Notes: a model not told the origin generated them from the sequence alone. Shown: positions 47,331-57,575, numbered from the stretch's first letter. The stretch is 64,000 nt of DNA from Clostridia bacterium (GCA_004347685.1 SLTJ01000024.1:107401-171400), one strand, 5' to 3'. Program-made: numbers and translations.

Positions 47331-49619
47331 TTAGAAATTGCCAAAAAGACGGTGGTAGTCGTCCCAGTCAATGAGAAGACTTCTAGCCTTGCTTCCTTCG
47401 TAAGCACCGACAATGCCCCGGCTCTCCATCAGATCCACCAGGCGGGCCGCCCGAGCATAACCGATGCGTAGCCGTCGCTGCAGCAAGGAAATGGAAGCCT
47501 GTCCGCTTTCCAAGAAGATCCGTACTGCCTCTGGCAGCAGTTCATCATCGCTACCTTCTTCCCGCGCCGGTATCTCGCCCTGGGTAATGCCGGCCACATA
47601 CTCGGGTTGCTTTTGGGTTCGGAGGAACCCCACCACCTTTTCCACTTCACTGTCCGCAACATATACTCCTTGCAACCGGACGGGTTTAGGGGCCCCGACC
47701 GGCAGAAAAAGCATGTCACCACGGCCGAGGAGCTTCTCCGCCCCCGCCATATCCAGGATGGTGCGGGAATCAACCTGGGAGGAGACGGCAAAAGCAACGC
47801 GCGAAGGAATATTGGCCTTGATCAGCCCTGTAATCACGTCCACTGAGGGCCGCTGGGTGGCCACCACCAGGTGGATGCCAGCCGCGCGGGCCATCTGGGC
47901 CAGGCGGCAGATGGATTCTTCTATCTCCACCGGCGAGACCATCATCAGGTCGGCCAACTCGTCAATCACTATCACGTATAGCGGCAGCGAAGGGGTGGAC
48001 TGTGACTGGTCGCGCAGCCTGGCCCGATTGTAGCTGGCTATGTCCCGCGCCCCGGCAGTGGCAAACAACTGGTAGCGGTTTTCCATTTCCGTCACCATCC
48101 ACCGCAGACCCACGGCTGCCTTTTTCGGGTCGGTTATCACCGGCGTTAAGAGGTGGGGAATATGGTTGAAATGGGCCAGCTCGACCCGCTTGGGATCAAT
48201 GAGCAAGAAGCGCAGCTCCCCGGGGGTGCCTTTAAACAACATACTGCAGATAAGGGCGTTGAGGCAGACACTCTTGCCCGAGCCGGTGGCGCCGGCGATC
48301 AGCAAGTGCGGCATTCGGCTCAGGTCAGCGATTACCGGTGTCCCGGCAATATCCTTGCCCAGGGCAATAGTGAGCTTAGAGCGCGAGCGCTGGAACTCGG
48401 GGCACTCCAGAACCTCACGAAAATGCACCGGGGCGATGTGGTGGTTGGGAACCTCGATCCCCAGGGCGGCCTTACCCGGTATGGGGGCCTCGATGCGAAC
48501 CCCGGGCGCCGCCAGACTCAAGGCAATGTCGTCTGCCAGGGACACGATGCGGCTTACTTTTACGCCGGGAGCCGGGTGTACCTCATAACGGGTAACCGTG
48601 GGTCCATGACTTACATTGGTTACTTCGACCTTGACGCCAAAGCTGTCCAGGGTTTCCTCCAACAGCCTGGCCCGGTCATTATCCTCTCTAGGGGAATTGT
48701 TGTCCCGGCCGTGCGGCCGGGGCAGCAGGCTGATAGGAGGGAGAACAAATCCCCCTCCGTCTGCGGTAACCTCCGGTCTTTCTTCGGCCCCGTCTTCGGG
48801 AGTCACCGCTTCCAGAAAAGTCCTGTCCACAGCTTCTTCTGGTTCGTGCGTCCGGTGGCCGGGAGCAGGGGACGTTCGGATCTCAGCCCCGTGATCCCGG
48901 CTGGCCTTGGCCGCGCCCGTCCGGGCCCGGCCCTCTGGATCTTCTGCCTTGGGGTTACCTTCTCCGCTGGGTTCTGCTCCCCCTGCTTTCTCGTCCTCCT
49001 CTTCGATAAAAAGGAAGCTGATTAGGCCGGAGTGCACCGCCCTGAACAGACGGGACAACTGTACCGCGATGACCTGGCCCAGGTTCCGCAAAGGGATCTG
49101 GGTAACCAGGACAAAAGAAGCCAGAAATACGGTAACCAGGACTATATATGACCCTGGCAGGCCCAGGGCGGCATTAAGAAGCCACGCCAAGCCCGCCCCG
49201 ATCAGCCCTCCGCCCTGGCCGGAGATACCCGTTTTCAGGGCCGCAACAAAACCCGAGCCGGCTACCAGGGAGAGATTAGCGGCGACTAGAAGCCCCAGGT
49301 ACGCCAAGATAATTCCCCATCCCGCCCGGGACAATGGCCCCCGACAGCGGTCCCGTACCAGTTGCCAGCCGCGAAAAGCCAGCAGCAAGGGTATTCCATA
49401 GTCTACTCGCCCGGCTACGGCCTGGAGCAAGCTGACGGTAAAGCGTCCGGCAGCGCCAAAGGCCCGGCCTCCAGGGGGGGGGATGGCCAAGTCTGAACTC
49501 ACCAGGCTGGCCAGGCAAAAAACAGCCAGCGCTATCAGCACCAGGCCCAGGATCTCATCCCGCAGACTGCCCGAGGGGGGCAGGTTTTTTTTGGTGGCAG
49601 GGATAGGCAAGGGATTCAC
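47331..49619 (-). CDS. ftsK: DNA translocase FtsK/SpoIIIE
   Basis: 4TM N-terminus, PHLLIAGATGSGKS, IDELADLM, ATQRPS, gamma domain LQRRLRIGYARAAR. Confidence 0.97.
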   Translation of the reverse strand: MNPLPIPATKKNLPPSGSLRDEILGLVLIALAVFCLASLVSSDLAIPPPGGRAFGAAGRFTVSLLQAVAGRVDYGIPLLLAFRGWQLVRDRCRGPLSRAGWGIILAYLGLLVAANLSLVAGSGFVAALKTGISGQGGGLIGAGLAWLLNAALGLPGSYIVLVTVFLASFVLVTQIPLRNLGQVIAVQLSRLFRAVHSGLISFLFIEEEDEKAGGAEPSGEGNPKAEDPEGRARTGAAKASRDHGAEIRTSPAPGHRTHEPEEAVDRTFLEAVTPEDGAEERPEVTADGGGFVLPPISLLPRPHGRDNNSPREDNDRARLLEETLDSFGVKVEVTNVSHGPTVTRYEVHPAPGVKVSRIVSLADDIALSLAAPGVRIEAPIPGKAALGIEVPNHHIAPVHFREVLECPEFQRSRSKLTIALGKDIAGTPVIADLSRMPHLLIAGATGSGKSVCLNALICSMLFKGTPGELRFLLIDPKRVELAHFNHIPHLLTPVITDPKKAAVGLRWMVTEMENRYQLFATAGARDIASYNRARLRDQSQSTPSLPLYVIVIDELADLMMVSPVEIEESICRLAQMARAAGIHLVVATQRPSVDVITGLIKANIPSRVAFAVSSQVDSRTILDMAGAEKLLGRGDMLFLPVGAPKPVRLQGVYVADSEVEKVVGFLRTQKQPEYVAGITQGEIPAREEGSDDELLPEAVRIFLESGQASISLLQRRLRIGYARAARLVDLMESRGIVGAYEGSKARSLLIDWDDYHRLFGNF

Positions 49620-49632
49620 CTCCAGGGAGATT

Positions 49633-49659
49633 ATTCGCCAACCACCAAAAAGTTCCTGT
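49633..49659 (-). promoter_or_regulatory. Sigma-H-like promoter of ftsK
   Basis: ACAGGAACT-N11-GGCGAAT. Confidence 0.55.
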
Positions 49660-49776
49660 CTGATCGGGCAACAATATCCGGCCGGGGGGATTAATTATGG
49701 CTTCTCTCCCCTGGCCCCGCGTATTTTCCCTCACTGGAAGCAATAATAACCTTAATGAGGTAAAAGGAGGATTAGC

Positions 49777-50523
49777 ATGACCCATACAGGGTGGGAGGCG
49801 GTCCAGCCGCCCGGGACGGGGCCCGAGAAGGCAGAGCCACGGCGGGTGGTAGGGTCGTCTCGTGCGGCCAATATCAAGGAACTGGGGCAGCCCGAGGTAC
49901 CTGAGTTCCAAAGCAATATTCATTGCCTGACCATAATCGGCCAGATTGAGGGGCACATGGTCATGCCGGCCCAAAACAAGACTACCAAGTACGAGCACAT
50001 AATCCCGCAACTGGTAGCCGTGGAACAGAACCCGGAAATCGAGGGCCTACTGGTTATTCTCAACACTGTTGGCGGAGATGTCGAGGCCGGCCTGGCCATT
50101 GCTGAGATGATCGTCACCATGTCCAAGCCCACCGTGTCGCTGGTGCTAGGTGGCGGGCACAGTATCGGCGTGCCTATAGCCGTCGGCGCGCAGTATTCCT
50201 TCATTGCCGAGACGGCCACCATGACCATTCATCCTATCAGACTGACCGGACTGGTTATTGGGGTACCACAGACATGGGAATATTTGGAGAAGATGCAAGA
50301 CCGGGTCATTGATTTCACCGCCAAGCACTCCCGGATCAGCGCCGAGCGGCTACGCGAGCTAATGTTCACCACCGGGGAGCTGGCCCGGGATATCGGCACG
50401 GTCCTGGTGGGCAAGGACGCCGTCCAAGAAGGGCTCATAGACGAGGTGGGAGGATTGGCTCAGGCGGTCAAAAAGGTACAGGAACTGACCGGACAGAAGT
50501 CGGGCGGGGGGTTAAAACAGTGA
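49777..50523 (+). CDS. tepA: ClpP-family protein TepA
   Basis: [44 protein letters not shown]. Confidence 0.93.
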   Translation: MTHTGWEAVQPPGTGPEKAEPRRVVGSSRAANIKELGQPEVPEFQSNIHCLTIIGQIEGHMVMPAQNKTTKYEHIIPQLVAVEQNPEIEGLLVILNTVGGDVEAGLAIAEMIVTMSKPTVSLVLGGGHSIGVPIAVGAQYSFIAETATMTIHPIRLTGLVIGVPQTWEYLEKMQDRVIDFTAKHSRISAERLRELMFTTGELARDIGTVLVGKDAVQEGLIDEVGGLAQAVKKVQELTGQKSGGGLKQ

Positions 50524-50744
50524 TCCTTTACACTCCGGTACCGCAGGAATTGATCTGGGAAGGATGGGACAAGACGCCGGAGTATTTCTGGGCCAGGATT
50601 GACGGCCGGATCGTGCAACTGGAAAAGTCCGGCCACGCCACCGCCAGGATAATCCGCCTGTACAGCACCGATCCCCTGGACTACCTGGACCCGGCCTTCT
50701 CTCCCGGCCGGGAGGTGGACCTGGGGGCAGACCTAAAACCATAG
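50520..50744 (+). CDS. ylzJ: YlzJ-like protein
   Basis: [30 protein letters not shown]. Confidence 0.9.
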   Translation: MILYTPVPQELIWEGWDKTPEYFWARIDGRIVQLEKSGHATARIIRLYSTDPLDYLDPAFSPGREVDLGADLKP

Positions 50745-50760
50745 CCGCCCCCTCCAGGGA

Positions 50761-50915
50761 CCCTGAAAACAGAGGTGAGAGATGGGAAGTGAGAGGTAAG
50801 AGCTCGTAGGAACTTGCTGACGCAAGTTACGGATTGGAATTCCACCTCCACCCGCGCCACTGTTTCACCCTGCTGATGGTGACGCCGAAGGCGTCGTGGA
50901 GGTCTGCACTGAAAA
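50761..50915 (+). repeat. Dispersed repeat family, copy 4
   Basis: ccctgaaaacagaggtgagagatgggaagtgagagg..tgtttcaccctgctgatggtGACGCC-gaa-GGCGTCgtggaggtctg. Confidence 0.8.
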
Positions 50916-50937
50916 TGGATGGGGACTGTACCGCTCC

Positions 50938-52848
50938 TCAGCTTCCTTCCAGCACCGGCAATAGGTTTTCCTCCGCGGCGTTGGGTGCTGCCCCCGCCGC
51001 CTGCTCCTCCCGGCGGAACCCGGGGAACACCCCGCGGACCAATCCCACTACCTCTTCCACATCATGGCCGGCCCAGGACGGGCCGCCGATGGCGGCCACC
51101 AGTTCCGGCACGGCCCGGGCGGCCTCCTCTACCCCGTTCATGCACGACACCAGGATCCGCCGGTGCCGGGTAGCCTCCAATCTCTCCGCCTCGGTAAAGA
51201 GCTCCTCGTGCAGCTTTTCCCCCGGGCGCACACCGGTATAAATAATCTCGATATCCTCGCCCGGCTCAAAACCGGAAAGCCGGATCATGCTCCGGGCCAA
51301 ATCCTCTATCCTCACCGGCTCTCCCATATCCAGGACGAAGATCTCCCCGCCTTTGGCCATAGCCCCGGCCTGGATGATAAGCTGTACCGCCTCGGGAATG
51401 GTCATGAAGTAGCGGGTCATTTCCGGGTGGGTGACCGTGACCGGACCCCCACGGGCAATCTGTTCCTGGAACAAGGGAACCACGCTGCCCCGGCTCCCCA
51501 GCACGTTGCCAAACCGCACTGCGGCAAACCTGGTGGTGCTCTCCCGGTTCATGTGCTGTACCACCATCTCGGCCAGCTTCTTGCTGGCCCCCATGATGCT
51601 GGTGGGGTTCACTGCCTTGTCTGTAGAAATCAGGATAAAGACCTCTGCCCTCTGGTCCTTTGCTGCCGCAGCCACGTTCCAGGTGCCCAGCACGTTATTT
51701 TTAAGGGCCTCGCCCGGATTCTCTTCCATTAACGGCACGTGCTTATGGGCCGCAGCGTGGAAAACCACCTGGGGCCGGTAGAGCCGCATCACCTCCGCTA
51801 CCGCCGCCGCATCCCGCACGTCAACGATACTCTGCACCAGGTCGAGGTCGGTACTGGCATTTATCAGTTCCTGGTAAATATTATAGATGCTGTTTTCCCC
51901 GTGCCCCAAGAGGATCAAGCGGTGCGGCGCAAACTGGCTGATCTGGCGGCAGAGCTCCGAGCCGATGGACCCCCCGGCACCGGTGACCAGCACCACCCGG
52001 CCCTCCAGATAGCCGGCAATGGACTCCAGATCCACCTTCACCGGCTCCCGCCCCAGTATATCTTCCACCTTTACTTCCCGGATCTGGCTGATGCTTACCC
52101 GGCCGTCAATAAGCTCGTACATCCCGGGCACAATCTGCAGCCTGGCCGGCGTCCCCTGGCAGACCTCCACTATCTCCCTGATCACCCGCCCTGGCACCGA
52201 CGGCATGGCGATGATGATATCCTGGACCGCGTAATCGTCCACCAGCCGGGGGATGTCATTACGGGTACCCAAAACCGGCACGCCCAACAGACGCTGCCGC
52301 TGTTTAGCCGCGTCGTCGTCCACAAATCCCACCGGTGTCAGTCGTGCTTCACTGTTATTCTTTAGCTCGCGCACCACCACCGCCCCGGCGTCGCCGGCCC
52401 CCACAATGAGTACCGGCCGCCCGCCCTTAGAAGCCCCGCCGTTTAGGCCGTAGTCCCGCAAAAGCCTCCAGGAAAGCCGCGAGCCGCCGATGAACAGCAC
52501 GTTGAGCATCCACGCCAGGGGGAAAACGGTGCGCGGCAGGGGAAAAGTGGATCCCTCCATGAAGAAGTAGGCCAGGGCGACATTGACTACCGTGCCCAGG
52601 GTCACCCCCTGGAGGATGGCCAGCAGCTCTCCGGTGCTGGCGTACTGCCAGAGACGGCGGTAGAGGCCAAAGAAATAAAAGGAAACCAGGTAGCTGGCCG
52701 CAAAGGGCAGAGCCATCTCCCGGGAGGAAGTTATGTATTGCTCCGGTATGGCCCCGTCAAACCGCAGCCACAGCGCGGCCAGCAGGGCCACGCTGACCAG
52801 CAGGGCATCAACTATGGCCAGGGCAATAGTTCTGCGCAACCGGATCAC
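50938..52848 (-). CDS. Membrane-bound UDP-GlcNAc 4,6-dehydratase (PglF/CapD/WbpM family)
   Basis: 4 TMs, CoA-binding-like GAGDAG, TGAGGSIGSEL, AAAHKHVP, STDKA, MGASK, RFGNVLGSRGSV. Confidence 0.95.
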   Translation of the reverse strand: MIRLRRTIALAIVDALLVSVALLAALWLRFDGAIPEQYITSSREMALPFAASYLVSFYFFGLYRRLWQYASTGELLAILQGVTLGTVVNVALAYFFMEGSTFPLPRTVFPLAWMLNVLFIGGSRLSWRLLRDYGLNGGASKGGRPVLIVGAGDAGAVVVRELKNNSEARLTPVGFVDDDAAKQRQRLLGVPVLGTRNDIPRLVDDYAVQDIIIAMPSVPGRVIREIVEVCQGTPARLQIVPGMYELIDGRVSISQIREVKVEDILGREPVKVDLESIAGYLEGRVVLVTGAGGSIGSELCRQISQFAPHRLILLGHGENSIYNIYQELINASTDLDLVQSIVDVRDAAAVAEVMRLYRPQVVFHAAAHKHVPLMEENPGEALKNNVLGTWNVAAAAKDQRAEVFILISTDKAVNPTSIMGASKKLAEMVVQHMNRESTTRFAAVRFGNVLGSRGSVVPLFQEQIARGGPVTVTHPEMTRYFMTIPEAVQLIIQAGAMAKGGEIFVLDMGEPVRIEDLARSMIRLSGFEPGEDIEIIYTGVRPGEKLHEELFTEAERLEATRHRRILVSCMNGVEEAARAVPELVAAIGGPSWAGHDVEEVVGLVRGVFPGFRREEQAAGAAPNAAEENLLPVLEGS

Positions 52849-53116
52849 TAGCCGTCACCAGAAGAAACACGAGGCGGCATTTTTCGCTCCTCTCCGTGCT
52901 CAAGACCAACTCATGGGCCAGAAAAACCTTTCCACCAAGCATATATCCAGATATCCAGTTCGACACGAATATGGAAATTCCTTGTCTCCTGCCGCACCGC
53001 AAGACATTTATCTTCCCAAGAGCCGTATCCGTGATTTGCTCTTTCATTTGGGAGCCCAGAAATAAAACGCTTGCGAAGCAGCCTTTACGAGACTACGCGG
53101 GCCTTCCGCCCGGCCC

Positions 53117-53212
53117 CTATGCCCGGACCCCCTTGCCCCGGCCGGCGTCCCGCAGGGTGAGCCAGAGGATCTTCAGGTCCAGCAGAAAGCCGCGCCGCCG
53201 CAGGTACTTGAA
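53117..53212 (-). pseudogene. C-terminal remnant of a bacterial sugar transferase
   Basis: Reads KYLRRRGFLLDLKILWLTLRDAGRGKGVRA*, similar to LDLKILWLTL of the gene at 55339; no start codon. Confidence 0.6.
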
Positions 53213-53235
53213 TCGTACCATACAGAAACCTCGCC

Positions 53236-54444
53236 TTAGCGGGTGGCCGCCTCCAGCACTTTCTCCATGGCCCGGCAAGTATCCCGCATATCTCCCTCCG
53301 AGAGGGTGGGGTGCACCAGAAACATAAGGGAGGTCTCACCAAGCGCCCGGGCCACCGGCAGGCGCTCCGCCGGCCCCAGCCCGGCGTCCCTAAAAGCCTT
53401 CTCCAGGTAAATCTCGCTGCAGCACCCGGTAAAGCAGGGAATACCCTCGGCGTTGACGGCCCGCGACACCCTGTCCCGGTCCCAGCCCTCCTTTAGGGCC
53501 TCCGGGCGCAGGAAGGCGTAATACTTATAGTAGGAATGGCCGATCTCCGCCGGCGGGACAGTCACCCGCAGCGCCGGTATCTGCCGGAAACCCTCCGTCA
53601 GGATGGCAGCGTTGCGCCGCCGCGCCGCCACCCACCCGGGCAGCTTTTTCAAGGCCACCCGGCCGATGGCCGCCTGCATCTCCGTCATCCGCCAGTTGGT
53701 GCCGAAGGACTCGTGCAGCCAGCGGAAGCCCGGCGGGTGCTGCCGGTGGTAGACGGCCTCATAGCTCTTGCCGTGGTCCTTATAGCTCCATACCCTCTCC
53801 CAGATTTCCCGGCTGTTGGTGGTTACCATCCCGCCCTCCCCGCCGGTGGTCAGGATCTTGTCCTGGCAAAAGGAAAAGGCGGCCACGTCCCCCAGGGAGC
53901 CCACCGGCCGGCCTTTGTAGGTGGCCCCGTGGGCCTGGGCGCAGTCCTCCACCACAAAAAGTCCCCTCTCCCGCGCCAGCTCCAGGAGGGGGTCCATGTC
54001 GCACGGCCAGCCGGCCAGATGCACGGCGACGATGGCCTTGGTCCTGGGGGTGAGGGCCGCCCGCACCGTCTCGGCGGTGAGGTTCTGGCTCACCGGGTCC
54101 ACGTCGGCCAGCACCGGCCTCGCCCCCCGCATCACCGCGCAACTAGCCGAGGCGATGAAGGTGCGGGAGGGCACCACTACCTCGTCCCCCGGCCCGATCC
54201 CCAAGGCGTAAAGGGCAGCCTCCAGGGCCACCGTGCCGTTGGCCAGGGCCACGGCGTAGCGGCATCCCGTAAAGGCGGCAAACTCCCGCTCAAAGAGCCG
54301 TCCCTCCTCGCCCGTCCAGTAGTTCACCCGCCCGGAGCGCAGCACCCGTTCCGCGGCCTCGATCTCGTCCTCCGCGAAGTAGGGCCAGGGGGGCAGGGGC
54401 AGCTCGCGCACCGGCCGGCCGCCGTCAATGGCTAAGGTACTCAC
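53236..54444 (-). CDS. DegT/DnrJ/EryC1/StrS sugar aminotransferase (PglE-like)
   Basis: NGTVAL, EDCAQAHGA, SFCQDKILTTGGEGG. Confidence 0.95.
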   Translation of the reverse strand: MSTLAIDGGRPVRELPLPPWPYFAEDEIEAAERVLRSGRVNYWTGEEGRLFEREFAAFTGCRYAVALANGTVALEAALYALGIGPGDEVVVPSRTFIASASCAVMRGARPVLADVDPVSQNLTAETVRAALTPRTKAIVAVHLAGWPCDMDPLLELARERGLFVVEDCAQAHGATYKGRPVGSLGDVAAFSFCQDKILTTGGEGGMVTTNSREIWERVWSYKDHGKSYEAVYHRQHPPGFRWLHESFGTNWRMTEMQAAIGRVALKKLPGWVAARRRNAAILTEGFRQIPALRVTVPPAEIGHSYYKYYAFLRPEALKEGWDRDRVSRAVNAEGIPCFTGCCSEIYLEKAFRDAGLGPAERLPVARALGETSLMFLVHPTLSEGDMRDTCRAMEKVLEAATR

Positions 54445-54521
54445 CAAAACAACACTTCCCACACGTAAAGTTGAAAAAGGGGTGACGAAATCAAGCCGGC
54501 AGGGCAACTACCCGCCAGCTA

Positions 54522-55172
54522 CTAGCCCGCGTGGAACTTGATGGGCCGGGCCGGTACCCCCACCGCCGTGCAGTGGGGCGGGATGTCCCGAATGACCACC
54601 GCCCCGGCGCCGATGGTGGACCAGACCCCCACCGTGACCCCCTGGATCACCGTGGCCTTGGTACCCAGCAGGCAACCCTCACCAATGGAAACGTGGCCCG
54701 CCAGGTCCACGTGCCAAAAAAGAGTAGCGTAGCGATTTATAAAAACATCGTGGCCCACCCCACATCCCGGGTTAAGGGCCACGTGTTCTCCCAGCCTTAT
54801 GTCCACCGTGAGAATGCACCCGGCGCAGACGATCACACCTTCGCCCACTTCCACCCGGCCGGACATGGTTACCGAAGGGTGAATCAGGGAAGCGAACTGC
54901 AGGCCGGCCCGGCGGGCCTTTCCCACCAGCCGCCGCTTGGCCTTGGGATCACCGATGGCGCACACAGCCGCCACCCCGCGAGCCCTTTCCCGCTCCGCCC
55001 AGGATAAATCTCCCAACACCGGATAGCCATTAACCACCCGGCCGTGGAGTTCTTTCGTGTCATCCAAAAAGCCGAGCAGTTCCCAGGTGGCCCGCTCCCG
55101 GTTGATGTCCTCCACCAGCCAGGCCACCTCCCGGCCAAAACCGCCGGCACCGATAATCACCAGTGGCCGCAA
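54522..55172 (-). CDS. Sugar O/N-acetyltransferase (PglD/NeuD family)
   Basis: IIGAGGFGREV, hexapeptide repeats, GHD, GVPAR. Confidence 0.92.
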   Translation of the reverse strand: MRPLVIIGAGGFGREVAWLVEDINRERATWELLGFLDDTKELHGRVVNGYPVLGDLSWAERERARGVAAVCAIGDPKAKRRLVGKARRAGLQFASLIHPSVTMSGRVEVGEGVIVCAGCILTVDIRLGEHVALNPGCGVGHDVFINRYATLFWHVDLAGHVSIGEGCLLGTKATVIQGVTVGVWSTIGAGAVVIRDIPPHCTAVGVPARPIKFHAG

Positions 55173-55267
55173 CTATCCCTCACCTCTCCCTCCGCGTGAT
55201 TGCCAGTTTCCATCTTATGGCCGTTCTCCAGCCTGTGGGTATTGCCGCGGCGCAGAGAGGGGATTAA

Positions 55268-55342
55268 CCGCCAGCAGGCCGTCGCTTCCGGCATGCCATG
55301 TAAGTGGTCGATAACTATACAGGTATCAACTACTACCTTCAT
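55268..55342 (-). pseudogene. N-terminal remnant of a PIN/VapC toxin
   Basis: MKVVVDTCIVIDHL (first PIN strand with the catalytic Asp), after which the similarity is lost. Confidence 0.55.
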
Positions 55343-55983
55343 AAAGATCCCGCAGCCTCTGACCGGCCCTTGGTCCCCCGGAACTCCGGCATGGTGGCGT
55401 GGCCGGCGGCGCTGATACCCTCCCGCTTCAGTACCTTGAGCAGAGTCAGCCACAGGATCTTGAGATCGAGCCCCAGGCTCCAATGGTCCACGTACCACAC
55501 GTCCAGCCGGAACTTTTCCTCCCAGGTGATGGCGTTCCGCCCGTGCACCTGCGCCCAGCCGGTGATCCCCGGCTTCACCTCGTGCCGCCGCGCCTGCTCC
55601 GGCGTGTAGCGCTCCAGGTACTCCATCAACAGGGGCCTGGGCCCTACCAGGCTCATCTCGCCCCTGAGCACGTTGAATAGCTCTGCCAGCTCGTCCAGGC
55701 TGGTGACGCGCAAAAACCGGCCCAGGCGCGTCAGCCGCTCCGCGTCGGGCAACATGCGACCGTCAGCGTCCCGCCGTTCCCGCATGGTGCGGAACTTATA
55801 AATAACGAAGGGCTTCCCGTGCAGCCCAGGCCGCTCCTGGCGAAACAGCACCGGCGACCCCATGGTCAGCCGCACCACAACGGCCAGAACCAGCAGCACG
55901 GGGGAAGATAAGAGCAACCCCAGCGCGGCAGCCGTAAGGTCAAGCCATCTCTTTACCATGGGTAAACGGGCAAGAGATATCAT
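55339..55983 (-). CDS. Priming phosphoglycosyl (sugar) transferase (PglC/EpsL-like)
   Basis: KRWLD, FRQERPG, KFRTM, SLDEL, SLVGPRPLL, KPGITGWAQV; the ORF upstream of ~55983 is unrelated sequence. Confidence 0.93.
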   Translation of the reverse strand: MISLARLPMVKRWLDLTAAALGLLLSSPVLLVLAVVVRLTMGSPVLFRQERPGLHGKPFVIYKFRTMRERRDADGRMLPDAERLTRLGRFLRVTSLDELAELFNVLRGEMSLVGPRPLLMEYLERYTPEQARRHEVKPGITGWAQVHGRNAITWEEKFRLDVWYVDHWSLGLDLKILWLTLLKVLKREGISAAGHATMPEFRGTKGRSEAAGSL

Positions 55984-55999
55984 GGTACCTCGCATGATG

Positions 56000-56175
56000 T
56001 GTCTCTGATGTGGCTCAGTGACAAAGGCTTCGGACAGGTGTTCCCAGTAATATATTCGCCGTGCCCGATCATTTTCCTGTCGCGCATGCTTGATTTCCTC
56101 CAGGATTGTGCAGTCATCAAAGGCGAGGAAGTCGTCAAGGTGATCCAGAGCGGGGAGAGCGTGAGGGTACATCAC
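56000..56175 (-). pseudogene. Internal fragment of an unrelated gene (possibly HD-phosphohydrolase-like)
   Basis: LDDFLAFDDCTILEEIK..ARRIYY.EH is protein-like and is fused in frame upstream of the sugar transferase. Confidence 0.35.
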
Positions 56176-56575
56176 CGATAAAGACCAGCCGGGGGTTAGC
56201 TATCCGGGGCCGGCGATACCTTAACTTCACCATGGCTCCGCCGTGGGTAATGTTGGTGCGGATGGTGCGGCGGATGTCCAGTTGCCGGGCTTGGCGGCTC
56301 TGGCGGTAGCGCCTGGAGATGCGGCTGGCCAGCCGCCGGGCCAGGGCCCTTACCACGCGCGCGGCCTGGGCCACGTCGGCCTCATCCAGGTGCTGCAGGT
56401 CGGCCTGGAGCAAATCCATATACTGGGCCTGCAGTTCAGCCAGCAGGGCATCGGTTTCCGGGTCGCCAGTGCCTTCCACAGGCAGCCCGTCGACCAGGGG
56501 CACGCTGCGGTTTCGCCAGTAGGCCAGGTGGCTGCGTACCAGCGCCGGCAATATAACCGTGGTCTTCCAAGTCAA
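56170..56575 (-). pseudogene. Internal fragment of a CoxE/VWA gene
   Basis: LARRLASRISRRYR..LDIRRTIR..GG..LRYRRP..PRLVFIGDV aligns by eye with 14261-15658 and breaks at the MIDAS motif. Confidence 0.75.
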
Positions 56576-56624
56576 CCCATAGTTCCTGGCGGGTCATTCG
56601 TCTCTCCCCATTTTTTGTTCCACA

Positions 56625-56666
56625 TATACCATATATACCATTTATACCATTTATACCATTGTACCA
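56625..56666. repeat. Five tandem TATACCA / TGGTATA units at 9-bp period
   Basis: Units start at 56625, 56634, 56643, 56652 and 56660 (the last is tgtacca). Confidence 0.8.
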
Positions 56667-56758
56667 TTATTGTATCGTGATAGCATTATATCACATCCCG
56701 TTCTTCGCATGCCAATTACAGATTATAAGCACACGCGGGTAGCTGCACCAAACGGCCC

Positions 56759-57346
56759 TCAGGGCCACAGGGTGGCCACATCGATCCGCAGGTCGGGAAA
56801 AAGGGGGGAGGTCAGTTCCCCGCCGTCTTCATACTCAGCCACTTTGACCAACTGGTTGGCCTCATCCCTGCGATAGACTTCCAGTACCTGCAATTCGGGG
56901 TCGGCCAGCCAGTATTCGTGCACGTCGTGGGAAGCATATAGACTCTTTTTGAGCTTCTTGTCCTGGTAGCGGGAGCTTTCGGAAACGACTTCCACCACCA
57001 GGTCCGGGGCGCCCTTGACGTTTTCCCGGCCCAGGCGCCCCAGGCGCTCACTACTCAAGAAAAGCAGGTCGGGCTGTACCACGTCGCGGTTAGATAGAAT
57101 TATGTCTACCGGCGCAAAGAAAATCTCCCCCCATTGGTGGGCTAGAACGTATTGCCTAAGAACACTATATAAATTGCCCAAAAAACGCTGGTGAACAGTG
57201 GTAGGCGCCGGTGTCACGTAATGCTCCCCCCCGATCAATTCATGCCGCCGGCCGTCCTCGGGAAACAGGAGATAGTCCTCGTAAGTAAAGGGGCCAAACC
57301 GCTCCTGGCTAACCGCGGCTTCCGCTTGGGCTGCGCTGGTGATCAT
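56759..57346 (-). CDS. Uma2/DUF820-family endonuclease-like protein
   Basis: TYEDY..RHELIGG..P...HQ, VQPDL, GAPDLVVEVVS, EYWLADP; extended -10 TGtTATAAT and an AGGAGG SD upstream. Confidence 0.93.
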   Translation of the reverse strand: MITSAAQAEAAVSQERFGPFTYEDYLLFPEDGRRHELIGGEHYVTPAPTTVHQRFLGNLYSVLRQYVLAHQWGEIFFAPVDIILSNRDVVQPDLLFLSSERLGRLGRENVKGAPDLVVEVVSESSRYQDKKLKKSLYASHDVHEYWLADPELQVLEVYRRDEANQLVKVAEYEDGGELTSPLFPDLRIDVATLWP

Positions 57347-57530
57347 GAGCCATACCTCCTTAGCGCCAGCTTTTGGTGGTATTATAACACAGCCGGCTCC
57401 CCAGGACTAGCCGCCTTTATAAGATTGGCGGCGGGTTATACGCCAAGAAATGACGCCCGCAATAAAATCAGGAGGTGGCGGGTTAACACCACCTGTGCTA
57501 TGATGCAAGGGAATACTTTTATTATAATTG

Positions 57531-57575
57531 CCGTTTTCGCATCTGATGGTGACGCCGACAGCGTCGTGGGTGTCT
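57531..57575 (+). repeat. Dispersed repeat family, copy 5 (right part only)
   Basis: ccgttttcgcatctgatggtGACGCc-gac-aGCGTCgtgggtgtct. Confidence 0.7.

Noticed and set aside
55984-56175. Novel N-terminal domain fused to the sugar transferase
   Set aside because: It begins at the break of the CoxE fragment without a convincing SD; a chance in-frame remnant explains it better.
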